Virus record (IMG/VR): IMGVR_UViG_3300020394_000003
Coordinates: 1 to 64,000 of that record
DNA length: 64,000 nt
Source: a virus
Reading direction: 5' to 3' (one strand)
Shown: in pieces, positions 17,022-26,855 of the stretch
How the letters are laid out: the number at the start of each line of letters is the position of its first letter
Position numbering within the stretch: position 1 is the stretch's first letter
Program-made: the position numbers and the translations under genes
The notes under the pieces: model-generated
Database searches by the model: none
The model's input: the letters and a program-made list of their open reading frames with translations, nothing else
Told to the model about the DNA's origin: nothing

Positions 17022-17650
17022 AACTCCTACTTGAAAATTGGCGAAAGCACATCATTATCAAAGAAGAAAAGGGTAAGCACCAGATCTACTGTGATATGGA
17101 TGGTGTTCTAGTTGATTTTGTCAAGGGAGCAGTTCAGCAAATTAACGCAGACCTTAAAAACGAATCATTAACCGGAGATGATATTGAAGCCCTTCGCAAA
17201 AAACTGTCTGAGATGGGTAAGAAACGCATCGAAGAGAAAGATCTACACATCAACTCGTCTTTGGCCTTAGATGAGGCTAGAAAGTACATGTACCGTCGTC
17301 TAGCGGGCGATAAGAAGTGGTGGGCGGAACTACCTTGGATGCCTGATGGCAAACGCCTGTGGAATTTTATTAAAAAGTATGATCCGCTTATTCTTACCAC
17401 ACCAATGAAAAACAAAGCCTCAGAAGAAGGCAAACTTATTTGGGTTGAGTATAATCTTGGTATTGCTCGAAGCAAAGTTTATTTTTCTCACAACAAATAT
17501 GAATATGCTAAAGATGGCGATAACCCTAATATCTTAATTGATGACTTTTTAAAAAAGAACATTATTCCATATCGCGAATCTGGAGGGATTGGTATTCATC
17601 ACACTAGTGCTGATTCTTCCATTGCGGAGCTTAAAAAACTAGGCTTTTAA
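17018..17650 (+). CDS. 5'(3')-deoxyribonucleotidase-like HAD protein with MKLLLENWR leader
   Basis: CDMDGVLVDF, ILT, GK..W, LIDD motifs. Confidence 0.88.
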   Translation: MKLLLENWRKHIIIKEEKGKHQIYCDMDGVLVDFVKGAVQQINADLKNESLTGDDIEALRKKLSEMGKKRIEEKDLHINSSLALDEARKYMYRRLAGDKKWWAELPWMPDGKRLWNFIKKYDPLILTTPMKNKASEEGKLIWVEYNLGIARSKVYFSHNKYEYAKDGDNPNILIDDFLKKNIIPYRESGGIGIHHTSADSSIAELKKLGF

Positions 17651-17710
17651 TAAAAAGCGGTTTTGTCAACTTTTTAACTATTTACTGAAGCAACAGAGGA
17701 GCCCATTTAA

Positions 17711-20008
17711 ATGAACTTCCAAGATTATAACTTATTAACACAAGATGAAATTGATGCCGTCGTCGCTGAAGTGTTACAGGAAAACGGCATTGGAAGAATT
17801 TCCGAAAAGGACGAGGATGACGAATATCTAGAAAAAGATGGACCCAAGTCTAAGAGAGATAGAACTGCCGGCGCAGGTACACCTACAATGGGCAGAGGAC
17901 AAACAACTTACGACCCCAAAGGCGGATTACAGTATACCGGAACTCAAACTGGCAAATTAGGCGCTAGTGGTAAACAGCGTGGAGAAAAGGTAACTGACGA
18001 TGATTTAGTCGACGGACCATCAAGGTTGCCTGCACCGGGTGCCGCTGGCAAGGCTGTATCAAAACTGGGTGATAAAATTGCAGGAGATCCGGGTGATGAT
18101 TCTATGATGGGCAAAGCGCGCCGTGCAGTCGGTGGCGCTGTAAAGGGCGTAGGAGCGGCTGCAGGGGCTGTAGCAGGAAACACAGGAACTAGTCCCGACA
18201 TGTATGCACAAGGCGCTCAAGACAAGGCTAAGGCCCGGGCAAGAGGTAATATTGGTCCCGGCGGTTTACAGAGAACTGCTGACAAGGTAAACCCAAATGA
18301 TGCCTATGATGCAGGCGATGGCAGAGAGGGCTCCGCAGGTCGCGAAGGTGCCAAAAGAGTTGATATGACCAACACTTGGCACAACCCGGGTGCGTCATCA
18401 GTGCCACAATCTGTCAAAGCTGATATTAACTCAGTTTTTCCCTCTAGAATGCAAATGAGTATTGAGGACGTTCTTGACGGTTACCTTAAGTTAACATATG
18501 GAGGTGATGAATCTTCAATGTCACGCGAAAATGCTAGAGCGCATTGGTTGAGTAGATTTAAGCAGTTGGTAAACAGAATTGATCAACAAAAAGATCCAGA
18601 AATGGTATCCGCAGCTGAAGATGCTGTCGCTCGACAATTAGACTCTATGTTGCATAAAGCTGTGCTATTTGGCCAAAACAATAACGTACCTCCAGAAAAA
18701 ATTCAACAAGCCGTCAATGACGACACACCCGTTCCACCACCGGATCGCGATTCGGAAGAAGGCGGGGGTGGTTCAGATATTCCAATTCCTGTCAACAAAA
18801 AACTTAGTGGTGATCAAAGAGATCAAGCTGGAATGTCTAAGGGAGCCGCAGGCAGTTTGGCTAGCCAGCTATCAAAACTTTTTCCCGATGTTGACAAAAG
18901 TATTATCACCCAGATTCTTAAAGATGTGGCTGGCCAACTAAAAGCTAACAATATCCCAGTTCAAGAAGGAAAACGTTTAGCTTTCAGACTTATTTTAGAG
19001 CAACAAGTTAAAAGCATGATTCTTAATGAAAAACGGTATGATACTGACAAGGACGCCGAAATAGTCAAAACGCTAGTTCGTCAACTTGCACTTGGTAAGG
19101 GAGAAGTTAAGAAAGTCAATAAGGTTAAAGGCGTTGTTAAGAAACCAGCCCTAGTAGCCGTCAATAAAGATGGTGTACCAAGAGTATACTCTGTAGATAA
19201 AGGAAAGGATGGGCAAGACTCTGCTGAAGCTGGATTTACTCAGGCTAAAAAGTGGGCGTCGTCCGGGGGTAGTCAAGACTCAGACCTGTTCAAAAAATTC
19301 AAAGAAACTCTCAAACGTCTAGATTTACATACTTCAGAGGGTCGGGCCGCGGCTAAGGAAGACGACCAAGCTTTCTTAGGTGCTTACAGATATTATAAAG
19401 CAATGGTTGTCGCACTTAAAGCTTTAAAAACAGATCGACTTGAAAAAAGTACTCCTAAAATTATGAAGATGGTCGAGCCATTAAATGAAAAGTCGTTTGA
19501 GCATGAGGGAGCCGCTGGTAAAGATTTTAAAACTTGGCTAGCTAACATGATTAACATTTTTAAAGAAGAAGGTTTTGCTGATAAAGAAACTGGTATGGGT
19601 AAAGATACACCAGCTAAAGACAGAGCAATGAAAGCAATGAGAGCAGCAAGAAAAGGCCGTATGCCGGGTTCTGACTCTAAATCTCCTGAAACTAAGGCTG
19701 ATAAAGTTGCCGCAGGTGAAACCGAAAAGGCTGCAGGAGCAGAAACATCTAGGCGTAGCGGTTCTGCTGGTACCATCAATATGAAATCAGTAGTGGGTCC
19801 TCGCCTCAAGCAAGGTGGAATCGATCTCAAATCTCCAGAAGGCCAAGCCTTGCAGAAAAAAATGCAGAAAGTTATTCGACGATTTATTAAGAAAAATCTT
19901 CAAAGAGTTGGTAAGGGAGATCTTAAAGTTATTGCCGAAAACAAACAACTTCAAGCAGAGCTTAAGAATATAATTTTGGAACATTTAAGACAACATGAGC
20001 TTCTATAG
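17711..20008 (+). CDS. large low-complexity protein (probable virion-internal)
   Basis: 765-aa ORF, G/A/K/D-rich, with VLQE, ILNE and ILEH motifs. Confidence 0.8.
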   Translation: MNFQDYNLLTQDEIDAVVAEVLQENGIGRISEKDEDDEYLEKDGPKSKRDRTAGAGTPTMGRGQTTYDPKGGLQYTGTQTGKLGASGKQRGEKVTDDDLVDGPSRLPAPGAAGKAVSKLGDKIAGDPGDDSMMGKARRAVGGAVKGVGAAAGAVAGNTGTSPDMYAQGAQDKAKARARGNIGPGGLQRTADKVNPNDAYDAGDGREGSAGREGAKRVDMTNTWHNPGASSVPQSVKADINSVFPSRMQMSIEDVLDGYLKLTYGGDESSMSRENARAHWLSRFKQLVNRIDQQKDPEMVSAAEDAVARQLDSMLHKAVLFGQNNNVPPEKIQQAVNDDTPVPPPDRDSEEGGGGSDIPIPVNKKLSGDQRDQAGMSKGAAGSLASQLSKLFPDVDKSIITQILKDVAGQLKANNIPVQEGKRLAFRLILEQQVKSMILNEKRYDTDKDAEIVKTLVRQLALGKGEVKKVNKVKGVVKKPALVAVNKDGVPRVYSVDKGKDGQDSAEAGFTQAKKWASSGGSQDSDLFKKFKETLKRLDLHTSEGRAAAKEDDQAFLGAYRYYKAMVVALKALKTDRLEKSTPKIMKMVEPLNEKSFEHEGAAGKDFKTWLANMINIFKEEGFADKETGMGKDTPAKDRAMKAMRAARKGRMPGSDSKSPETKADKVAAGETEKAAGAETSRRSGSAGTINMKSVVGPRLKQGGIDLKSPEGQALQKKMQKVIRRFIKKNLQRVGKGDLKVIAENKQLQAELKNIILEHLRQHELL

Positions 20009-20510
20009 TATTAAAAACAACTCAGGACTTGAGCTTGAAGAAATGGAAAAGTTGCTAGGCAACTTTATGCCTTTTTCTAAAAAACGTATGGGTTATGATC
20101 AGCCTGTTAGTATCACTTTTGAAACAGACGAAAGAAATGGTGGAAACATGCTAGGCAAAACTGCATACTATAATCCTGAAGATATGAGTGTTACAATATT
20201 TACAGACTATCGTCATCCAAAAGACATGATGCGGTCTCTTTCTCACGAATTAGTTCATCATACACAGAATTGTAGAGGTGAGTTTAATAGAGAGATGAGC
20301 GTTGGCGAAGGTTATGCTCAACAAGATGAACATTTACGAAAAATGGAAGAGGAAGCCTACTTAGTAGGCAATATGACTTTCCGTGATTGGGAAGATACAT
20401 ATAAACACGATTTGGCTACTAATTATACTGACGTTAATTCACTAGTCACTGAAAAGAGAGAGCGCGTTTTTAGCGCATTAAAAAATAAAATCATTAAGGA
20501 GAACAAATAA
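19995..20510 (+). CDS. zincin-like metallopeptidase
   Basis: SHELVHHTQ...EEEAY. Confidence 0.75.
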   Translation: MSFYSIKNNSGLELEEMEKLLGNFMPFSKKRMGYDQPVSITFETDERNGGNMLGKTAYYNPEDMSVTIFTDYRHPKDMMRSLSHELVHHTQNCRGEFNREMSVGEGYAQQDEHLRKMEEEAYLVGNMTFRDWEDTYKHDLATNYTDVNSLVTEKRERVFSALKNKIIKENK

Positions 20511-20511
20511 A

Positions 20512-21381
20512 ATGATTCACGGTAAAAAGAGAAATAAAGACCTTTTTAGACGTTTAACTGAAAGCTGGGGCTACACAAAGCCCGGTGAGGCTACCCCCCT
20601 CGATGAGCAAATGGCCGAAGAAGTTGAAGACGTTGTAGAGGCTAAGGATGAGGAAGAACTTGAGGAAGGCGTTTTTGATGCTAACCACTATTGTATTCAC
20701 CATGGCGGAGTTCATCACAACGGTAGTGTTGAGATGGCAGAGGCTGTCCAGCACGTTAAGCCCGATGCGAACGGTCACATTAGCCACTATGATATGAAGC
20801 TTGAGGATGGCACTATTCTTGAGAACGTTGCTGCTGAAGATATTCAGGTAACTAACGCTTCTCTAGCTAAAGAGCACCAGATGAAGCGAGATCATGATGC
20901 AATGAAGGACAAGGACGAAGACGAAGAGCTTGACGAAGGTGGAGCCGCCCATAAGAAGGACCCCAGAAATCGCAGACAAGATGATGAAAGAGCAAGACCC
21001 ATGGAAGAAGCTGAGGAATTAGAAGCTGAAGCTGAAGAATTAGAAGAAATGGACATGAGTAGATATACTCAAAGCGATTCAATTGATTCTCACGAGGTAG
21101 CGCAAAAATTAGAAACGCTAACAGGCAAAGTAATTGATGATGATATCGTGAAAAACATGCTCAGAACTTACGGCGCCGGCGGCCCCGATGCCCTAGAACA
21201 ATTTTCATCAACCGTAGAGTCGATAACAGGAAAAGCTATTGATTTTGACGTTTTAAGAAACATGCTAGATCACGGAACAGGCGTTAAAATCAGAGAAAGG
21301 CAAGAGCAGAACGAAGGTCTTGAAGAGGCAATCCGTCGTGTCGTATCAAGGGTGTTAAGCGAAATTAAACCCACTAAGTAA
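20512..21381 (+). CDS. acidic His-rich protein with many L-x-E sites
   Basis: TAAGGAG RBS; ELEE, ELDE, PMEE repeats. Confidence 0.8.
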   Translation: MIHGKKRNKDLFRRLTESWGYTKPGEATPLDEQMAEEVEDVVEAKDEEELEEGVFDANHYCIHHGGVHHNGSVEMAEAVQHVKPDANGHISHYDMKLEDGTILENVAAEDIQVTNASLAKEHQMKRDHDAMKDKDEDEELDEGGAAHKKDPRNRRQDDERARPMEEAEELEAEAEELEEMDMSRYTQSDSIDSHEVAQKLETLTGKVIDDDIVKNMLRTYGAGGPDALEQFSSTVESITGKAIDFDVLRNMLDHGTGVKIRERQEQNEGLEEAIRRVVSRVLSEIKPTK

Positions 21382-21397
21382 ATTAAGGAACTCTACG

Positions 21398-21661
21398 GTG
21401 AAAAAAGTTGATTTAAACAGAATGACCCGTGAATTTCTTATGGGTAATGAATTGGAAGAAGGTCGCAAAGCTGACGCTTGGGATTATCTTCACAGCATTG
21501 CTGAAACACTTCAGTCGATTACCCCGAGGACTAAAGCCGGCGAACGTAAAGTTCAGCTGGCCTTAGAACACTTGCGTTCATTGCGTCGTCATACTAGACG
21601 GCTTGAAGAGCGTGTGAAAATCCTAGAAGAACAAGTACAAGTACTAGAAGAGGGAAGCTAG
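21398..21661 (+). CDS. coiled-coil hypothetical protein
   Basis: AAGGA RBS, GTG start. Confidence 0.7.
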   Translation: MKKVDLNRMTREFLMGNELEEGRKADAWDYLHSIAETLQSITPRTKAGERKVQLALEHLRSLRRHTRRLEERVKILEEQVQVLEEGS

Positions 21662-24600
21662 ATGCGAAGATTATTATTAGAAGGTGGCGTTGCAGGTCAC
21701 CTTTCACATCTTTATGATAATAGGCAACTTACTGCCAATAAAATGGGTAAAATTTTATCTTTAGCATCAAAGGGCGAACTTGAAGGTACTGAAAAGACTG
21801 ATGGTTTTAATATTTATTTAGGATATCGCGATGGTGAAACTCGATATGCACGTAACAAAGGTGATATGCGCGCCGGCGGGCGAGTTATGCAAGACTTGCT
21901 TGATCGTGTATTTGCCGGCGGTGATCAAATTAAAGATGTATATGTTAAAGCATTTACAGCTTTTGGAAAATTTGTAGAAAGACTCCCCCCGAATGTTCAA
22001 GCGAATATCTTTGGTGAAAATGGAGAAATTTTTTATAATACTGAAATTCAAGGCCCGGGCGCTAATAATGTAGTTACTTACGACGCTAATGTGGTTTCTA
22101 TTCATCATGGAAATCATAAAAGGTATAATCCAGATACGGACACTGTTGAAATCGTTGATGCAGAAGCAAACTCTAAAGCTCTTGATCGTGTGTTGAACTC
22201 TATTGAGCAAAAAGTTGCAGGCGATGATTTTCGCGTTGCACGAACAGCAATGATGCGTTTACGCAGATTAGATGATGACACTGATTTAAGAATTGTACTA
22301 GCTAAAATTGAAAAAGCTGGTTTTGTTGGCGACATGACTATGGAAGAGTATCTTGTCTCGAAAGTAACGCCTCAAGTTGAAGCTCGTTCTCCGCATTTAA
22401 ATCCTGCCATACATCAAATGATGGTTAATTATATTTTAAATATTCCCGGTGAAGACGGTCAAAAAGTAAAACTAAACAACATCTATAAAGGCTTTCCTGT
22501 TGATCAAAGAAAACTGATTCGAAATATTGTTAAAGAAGAAGGTGGTTCAATGGTTAAAAAATCAATTTGGCCTATTGAAACAGCTATTCATGATTTTGCA
22601 GTCGAGCTTCTTAGAGGCATGGAGAGTGCATATATTCTCGATAATAATTCTCAAGTCAATAGACTTAAAGCAGAGGTTGAAAGCGCTATTCGTGGTATTC
22701 AGTCTTATAAAGGTGAAGGTGATGATATTGCTAGGAGTGTTTTAGCTCAACAGCTTGAAAAGATCAAGCATTTAGATAATATCAATTCAACCGTAGAAGG
22801 ATTTGTATTTAATTACGAAGGTCAAATGTACAAGTTCACTGGTAATTTTGCCCCTATCAATCAAATTTTAGGATTATTTAAGTATGGCCGCGGTGGAGTA
22901 CCGGCAATCAAAAAGCAAGATTCATCAGAGCCAGAAGAACTTGATGAAATGGAAGAAGTGCCAGCCGGAGCAACTGAAACAGTTGTAGCTGTATTACCGG
23001 GCGCTTTTAAACCACCTCATCGAGGTCATTTTGCAATGGCCTTACACTATGCTTCTATTGCAGACTCGGTAAAAGTCTATATCAGCAGAATTCCTAGAGA
23101 AGGAGTTGATTTTAACGTATCAAAAGCAATTTGGAATATGTATGTTCAAGGTTCGTCAGACCCCAACGCTTCCAAAATTGAAGTAATCCCAGAGCCCTCC
23201 GACAATAGTTCTCCTGTCGGTGCGGCATTGGAGTATGTTGGCAACGAGCATGGAAAACCACATTTGGCTCAGCCGGGTGAAGCCGTAATTCTCGGTGCTA
23301 GCAACAAAGCAGATAAAAGAGGGGCGCCTGACTTCATGAGATTCAAGAACGCCGGCAAATACTTTGCTCCGGGCGTCAAGGGCGGCGATCCTGACCCTTC
23401 TACTGGTGTACCTACCCTTACAGTGCAGAATGTATTCAAAGTCAGTCCAGAAGCCCTCAGCGCATCTGATTTAAGAAAGGCGATTCGCAATTCAGATCTG
23501 AAAACGGTTATGAGTTATATGCCTAAAGATGTTGCTAAAAATGAAACTGCTTTACAAGCTATATTTGATATTTTAGATATTGGTGCAGCACCTAGTGTGG
23601 ATACGCCATCTATTTCAGAAACTCTGATGGCTGTTGTAGAAGAAGTTCTTAACGAAAAACTAAAACCTTCCCAAGGTGCCGGAGCCTATGTAAAAGATTT
23701 TTATAAATCTGACGCTCCCCAATTTAAAGGCAAGGATAAAAAGAAAAGACGTGAAATGGCAATTGCTGCCTTTTTGCAAGATAAAGAAGAAACGAACGAG
23801 GCTGTTCGACTAGACGAAAGCTCTAGGAGTTTGTTACAAAACCCAGAATATATCACAAATGTTCTTGGTATTGATATGCCTCTTAACGAATCATATCCAT
23901 ATTCTGCACAATTAAATGAACAAATTGTTAAAGAGCAGATGTTGCTAGAAGGTTTTTTTAATGATCTTAAAGCTATGGGTGGGCAAGCAAAACAACTATT
24001 TGCCGCTCTCAAAGAATTGCTTACTGATCCAAAAAGAGTTCAATACTGGACCAACGCCGCTTATCGTATGATGGTAAAGGCTCCAATCAATAAAATTTAT
24101 CAACTGCTAAATTATATTATTGAACAACTATCAACTATGCCGACTATTGTGCAATGGGCTCAAAAATCAAAAGCCATGCTACAAGGCATTCAACAAAGCG
24201 TTGGTAATGCAAAAGGCTGGCAGGGCGCCATGCTCATGACATCTCTCGGGCTTGGATTTAAATGGTTGTGGTCTCAGGTTGGAGAAATTATTGATGGGGC
24301 TGTTGGAAAAATTGGTGAACTAGTAGGAGCCAAGGCGATTCAAGAAATTCAAAAATATATTCAAGATACTGTTATTGGTAAAGCTTGGAAGGTAATTCAA
24401 GACAAATTTACTGGCTTAATAAAACAAGCCGGTGCAGCGTTATCTGGGGTCGGTGCTTGGTTCAAGTGGGCTAGCACAGCCTTCCAAGGTGCACAGTTTG
24501 TCTTAGACGCCCTTAAGGGTACCCTAAGCCGGTTTGGAGGCCTACGGGTCAATGAGTTATCGGCCATGGCCGGAGGAGCCGTTCAAGGGGCTGCTATCGA

Positions 24601-24760
24601 CTCAGATGAAGGCGATACACCATGGCGAGGATTAGACGCTAACAAAGAAAATAAGAAGCAGGAAAAAGCACAAAGACTCAAAGGTACAAAACTTACTAAA
24701 GAAGAGCTAATTCAAAAAGTAATGGACTACTTATTAGTACAGGAAAAAAGCTATGGATAA
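21662..24760 (+). CDS. multidomain protein: ligase-like nucleotidyltransferase + HIGH-family nucleotidyltransferase + helical C-terminus
   Basis: EKTDG, EGFVF, YK motifs; PGAFKPPHRGH and SASDLRKAI motifs. Confidence 0.7.
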   Translation: MRRLLLEGGVAGHLSHLYDNRQLTANKMGKILSLASKGELEGTEKTDGFNIYLGYRDGETRYARNKGDMRAGGRVMQDLLDRVFAGGDQIKDVYVKAFTAFGKFVERLPPNVQANIFGENGEIFYNTEIQGPGANNVVTYDANVVSIHHGNHKRYNPDTDTVEIVDAEANSKALDRVLNSIEQKVAGDDFRVARTAMMRLRRLDDDTDLRIVLAKIEKAGFVGDMTMEEYLVSKVTPQVEARSPHLNPAIHQMMVNYILNIPGEDGQKVKLNNIYKGFPVDQRKLIRNIVKEEGGSMVKKSIWPIETAIHDFAVELLRGMESAYILDNNSQVNRLKAEVESAIRGIQSYKGEGDDIARSVLAQQLEKIKHLDNINSTVEGFVFNYEGQMYKFTGNFAPINQILGLFKYGRGGVPAIKKQDSSEPEELDEMEEVPAGATETVVAVLPGAFKPPHRGHFAMALHYASIADSVKVYISRIPREGVDFNVSKAIWNMYVQGSSDPNASKIEVIPEPSDNSSPVGAALEYVGNEHGKPHLAQPGEAVILGASNKADKRGAPDFMRFKNAGKYFAPGVKGGDPDPSTGVPTLTVQNVFKVSPEALSASDLRKAIRNSDLKTVMSYMPKDVAKNETALQAIFDILDIGAAPSVDTPSISETLMAVVEEVLNEKLKPSQGAGAYVKDFYKSDAPQFKGKDKKKRREMAIAAFLQDKEETNEAVRLDESSRSLLQNPEYITNVLGIDMPLNESYPYSAQLNEQIVKEQMLLEGFFNDLKAMGGQAKQLFAALKELLTDPKRVQYWTNAAYRMMVKAPINKIYQLLNYIIEQLSTMPTIVQWAQKSKAMLQGIQQSVGNAKGWQGAMLMTSLGLGFKWLWSQVGEIIDGAVGKIGELVGAKAIQEIQKYIQDTVIGKAWKVIQDKFTGLIKQAGAALSGVGAWFKWASTAFQGAQFVLDALKGTLSRFGGLRVNELSAMAGGAVQGAAIDSDEGDTPWRGLDANKENKKQEKAQRLKGTKLTKEELIQKVMDYLLVQEKSYG

Positions 24761-25700
24761 AATTGAATTACAAAGATTAGAGTTCCTTAAGGAACTTAAA
24801 GAGCGAAAAGTTTTACGTGAAGCAGTAAGAAAAGCTATTCGTATTGCATTAGAAAAAAGAGAACTAGCAGCTTATAACAAAGAAGTGGCTGAGTCGCAAA
24901 GACTTGAAGAAGAGGCAGTACTTAGAGGCTATCTACGACAGTACCTTAAAGAAAGTGCAGCAACCCAAGACAACGATCCCTCACCTCACAGATCAACTGG
25001 TATCAATGTACTATCCGATTTACTTAAAAAGATCATCCCAGTTCTTGAAGATGACTATAAAATCTTAACGACCGATGCAGATCAACGATCATCATTTCGA
25101 GCACATGTTATTCATGGTGTAAAAAATTCCTTAGCGCCACTCCAAGCTACAGACGATGTTGGTCCTGATGCTGATACTAGTAATCAATTAGAAGAAGACG
25201 TGGGAGTTACCGTAGGCGGTGGCGATGAGGACGAAAGATTCATTGACATCGCTGATGATGGTGATACAGGGGAAGAGCTATCTCCCGAAGAAGAATTTGC
25301 TACCGGTCTTAGCGGACAAGATCTAACAGGTCGAAATATGGCATATTCTTCATTTAAAAAGATTGAAAGAAACATCTTAGATGCTTATGAGCTTTTGAGC
25401 AATGACGAAGATCGAGAGTTGTTCTATGACTATCTTATTACCAACCTTAAGCTTTATTTTGATAAGTTTGAAGATGAGCTAGCAGGTAATTTAGAAGAAC
25501 CTACAACTCCTGAGTATGAAGACGCCGCTGCAGAAGCCGGTGATATGGATGGAGATCAGGAAGATTTTTCCCCAGCAGAAGAAGAGCCAGCGTTAGACGA
25601 TGAAGAACCACTTGAGGAAAAGTGGTATACCGCTAGCATCAGTTTTGGTGGCGGTGCTGGAGATTCTAAATTTAAAGTCAAGGGGCCTAAGAAGAAATAA
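24753..25700 (+). CDS. acidic hypothetical protein (core/scaffold-like)
   Basis: 315-aa ORF; preceded by ACTACTTA. Confidence 0.75.
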   Translation: MDKIELQRLEFLKELKERKVLREAVRKAIRIALEKRELAAYNKEVAESQRLEEEAVLRGYLRQYLKESAATQDNDPSPHRSTGINVLSDLLKKIIPVLEDDYKILTTDADQRSSFRAHVIHGVKNSLAPLQATDDVGPDADTSNQLEEDVGVTVGGGDEDERFIDIADDGDTGEELSPEEEFATGLSGQDLTGRNMAYSSFKKIERNILDAYELLSNDEDRELFYDYLITNLKLYFDKFEDELAGNLEEPTTPEYEDAAAEAGDMDGDQEDFSPAEEEPALDDEEPLEEKWYTASISFGGGAGDSKFKVKGPKKK

Positions 25701-25717
25701 TTTGACATAGGAGGGCG

Positions 25718-26050
25718 ATGTTTAAGAGGTTTAAAAGCCTAAACAACATTACGCTGCAGCTGAAGTTAACTGCGGTGATGACTTTCTTTGACCTTTTTAT
25801 GACATTATGTTGGGTGTATACTGGAACAGCTGACGAAGCAAACCCTATCCTAGAATATACTCTACGGTTTGGTGCAGCTCATTTTACTCTAGCTAAATTA
25901 ATCATGGGCCTTGGTTCTCTCTGGATCTTTTACAGACGCCAATATCATTGGCTAGTTAAAAAAGTGGTGCCTATTGTTTTTATTTTCTATATTTTTCTTA
26001 GTAGTCTTCATTTGTCTGGTTTAATTTATTATTTAAGTTATCTAAGTTAG
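25718..26050 (+). CDS. DUF5658-like membrane protein
   Basis: D...T....G...EANP...F...K pattern, 3 TM segments. Confidence 0.7.
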   Translation: MFKRFKSLNNITLQLKLTAVMTFFDLFMTLCWVYTGTADEANPILEYTLRFGAAHFTLAKLIMGLGSLWIFYRRQYHWLVKKVVPIVFIFYIFLSSLHLSGLIYYLSYLS

Positions 26051-26126
26051 TATAAATTATTATAGTTTATTATATAATATATTATATTACTACTCCAAGT
26101 TTGAAGACTAGAAAAGGAAAAAAGAT

Positions 26127-26468
26127 ATGTCAGGAAGGCAGAAGGGCAAGTACAGTAATTATTCTATCTCAAGATCACTAAAGATTGCAGGAAAATCTTC
26201 AGAAGAATTTGAGGTTATGCTGGGCCAATTAACGCTAGAAGAAATAATTGCATTAAAGCTTGAAATCTCAGCAAAAATGATCAATAATAAGTTATATGGG
26301 CTTGAGCTTTGGAAGGCAATCCCCAGAATCACAAAAGATGCTCTTTTAAAATTTGCGGTGTCAGCGGCGCAGACTCAACAAGATGCATGTAGAATACTAG
26401 GAATTAAGCCTGCTGAACTAAGAAAATTAAAAGATATTTACAATTTTGAAAATTATTTTGAAAAATAA
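26127..26468 (+). CDS. protein with a C-terminal Fis-like HTH
   Basis: TQQDACRILGIKPAELRK. Confidence 0.65.
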   Translation: MSGRQKGKYSNYSISRSLKIAGKSSEEFEVMLGQLTLEEIIALKLEISAKMINNKLYGLELWKAIPRITKDALLKFAVSAAQTQQDACRILGIKPAELRKLKDIYNFENYFEK

Positions 26469-26470
26469 GT

Positions 26471-26499
26471 TAGACAACTCAGGACACCTGTGCTATAAT
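26471..26499 (+). promoter_or_regulatory. sigma70-type promoter
   Basis: TAGACA-17nt-TATAAT with TG extension. Confidence 0.75.
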
Positions 26500-26568
26500 A
26501 GTTTCTATAAGCAGGAGCAGAAGCATGAACAAAAAATGTACTCCAGAGAGGTTTCTTTGAAGTACTAG

Positions 26569-26837
26569 AGAGTTGGCTTAGGTCGTCTATGCGTTTTGTT
26601 ATTTAGGTTCTAGGTCCGTATGAACCTTGCCGAATGCAATGAAATGGAGGATTCCCATTTAGAAGGGCGGCGAATTAAAATCGGGCTGGCATGGTGATGA
26701 GCGAGGAGATTCACCCGACCTACCAACTCTTGCCCCCACGCGCATACAAGATACGATAAGGGCACGTATTACTTAATGATATAATTGATAAAGATATAAA
26801 GTGACGGCAAAAAACACTAGGCATGCACCCTTCCTAG
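26569..26837 (+). ncRNA. candidate structured ncRNA of unknown class
   Basis: 15-bp closing helix 26569-26585/26716-26730, several internal hairpins, possible pseudoknot; no ORF in the track. Confidence 0.55.
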
Positions 26838-26855
26838 TTAAAAAAAGAGAATGAA

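Noticed and set aside
26569-26837. RNase P RNA, hammerhead ribozyme or group I intron identity for the structured RNA
   Set aside because: Lacks the GAGGAAAGUC/P4 pairing, the CUGAUGA-GAAA core and group I P7 elements; only partial look-alikes
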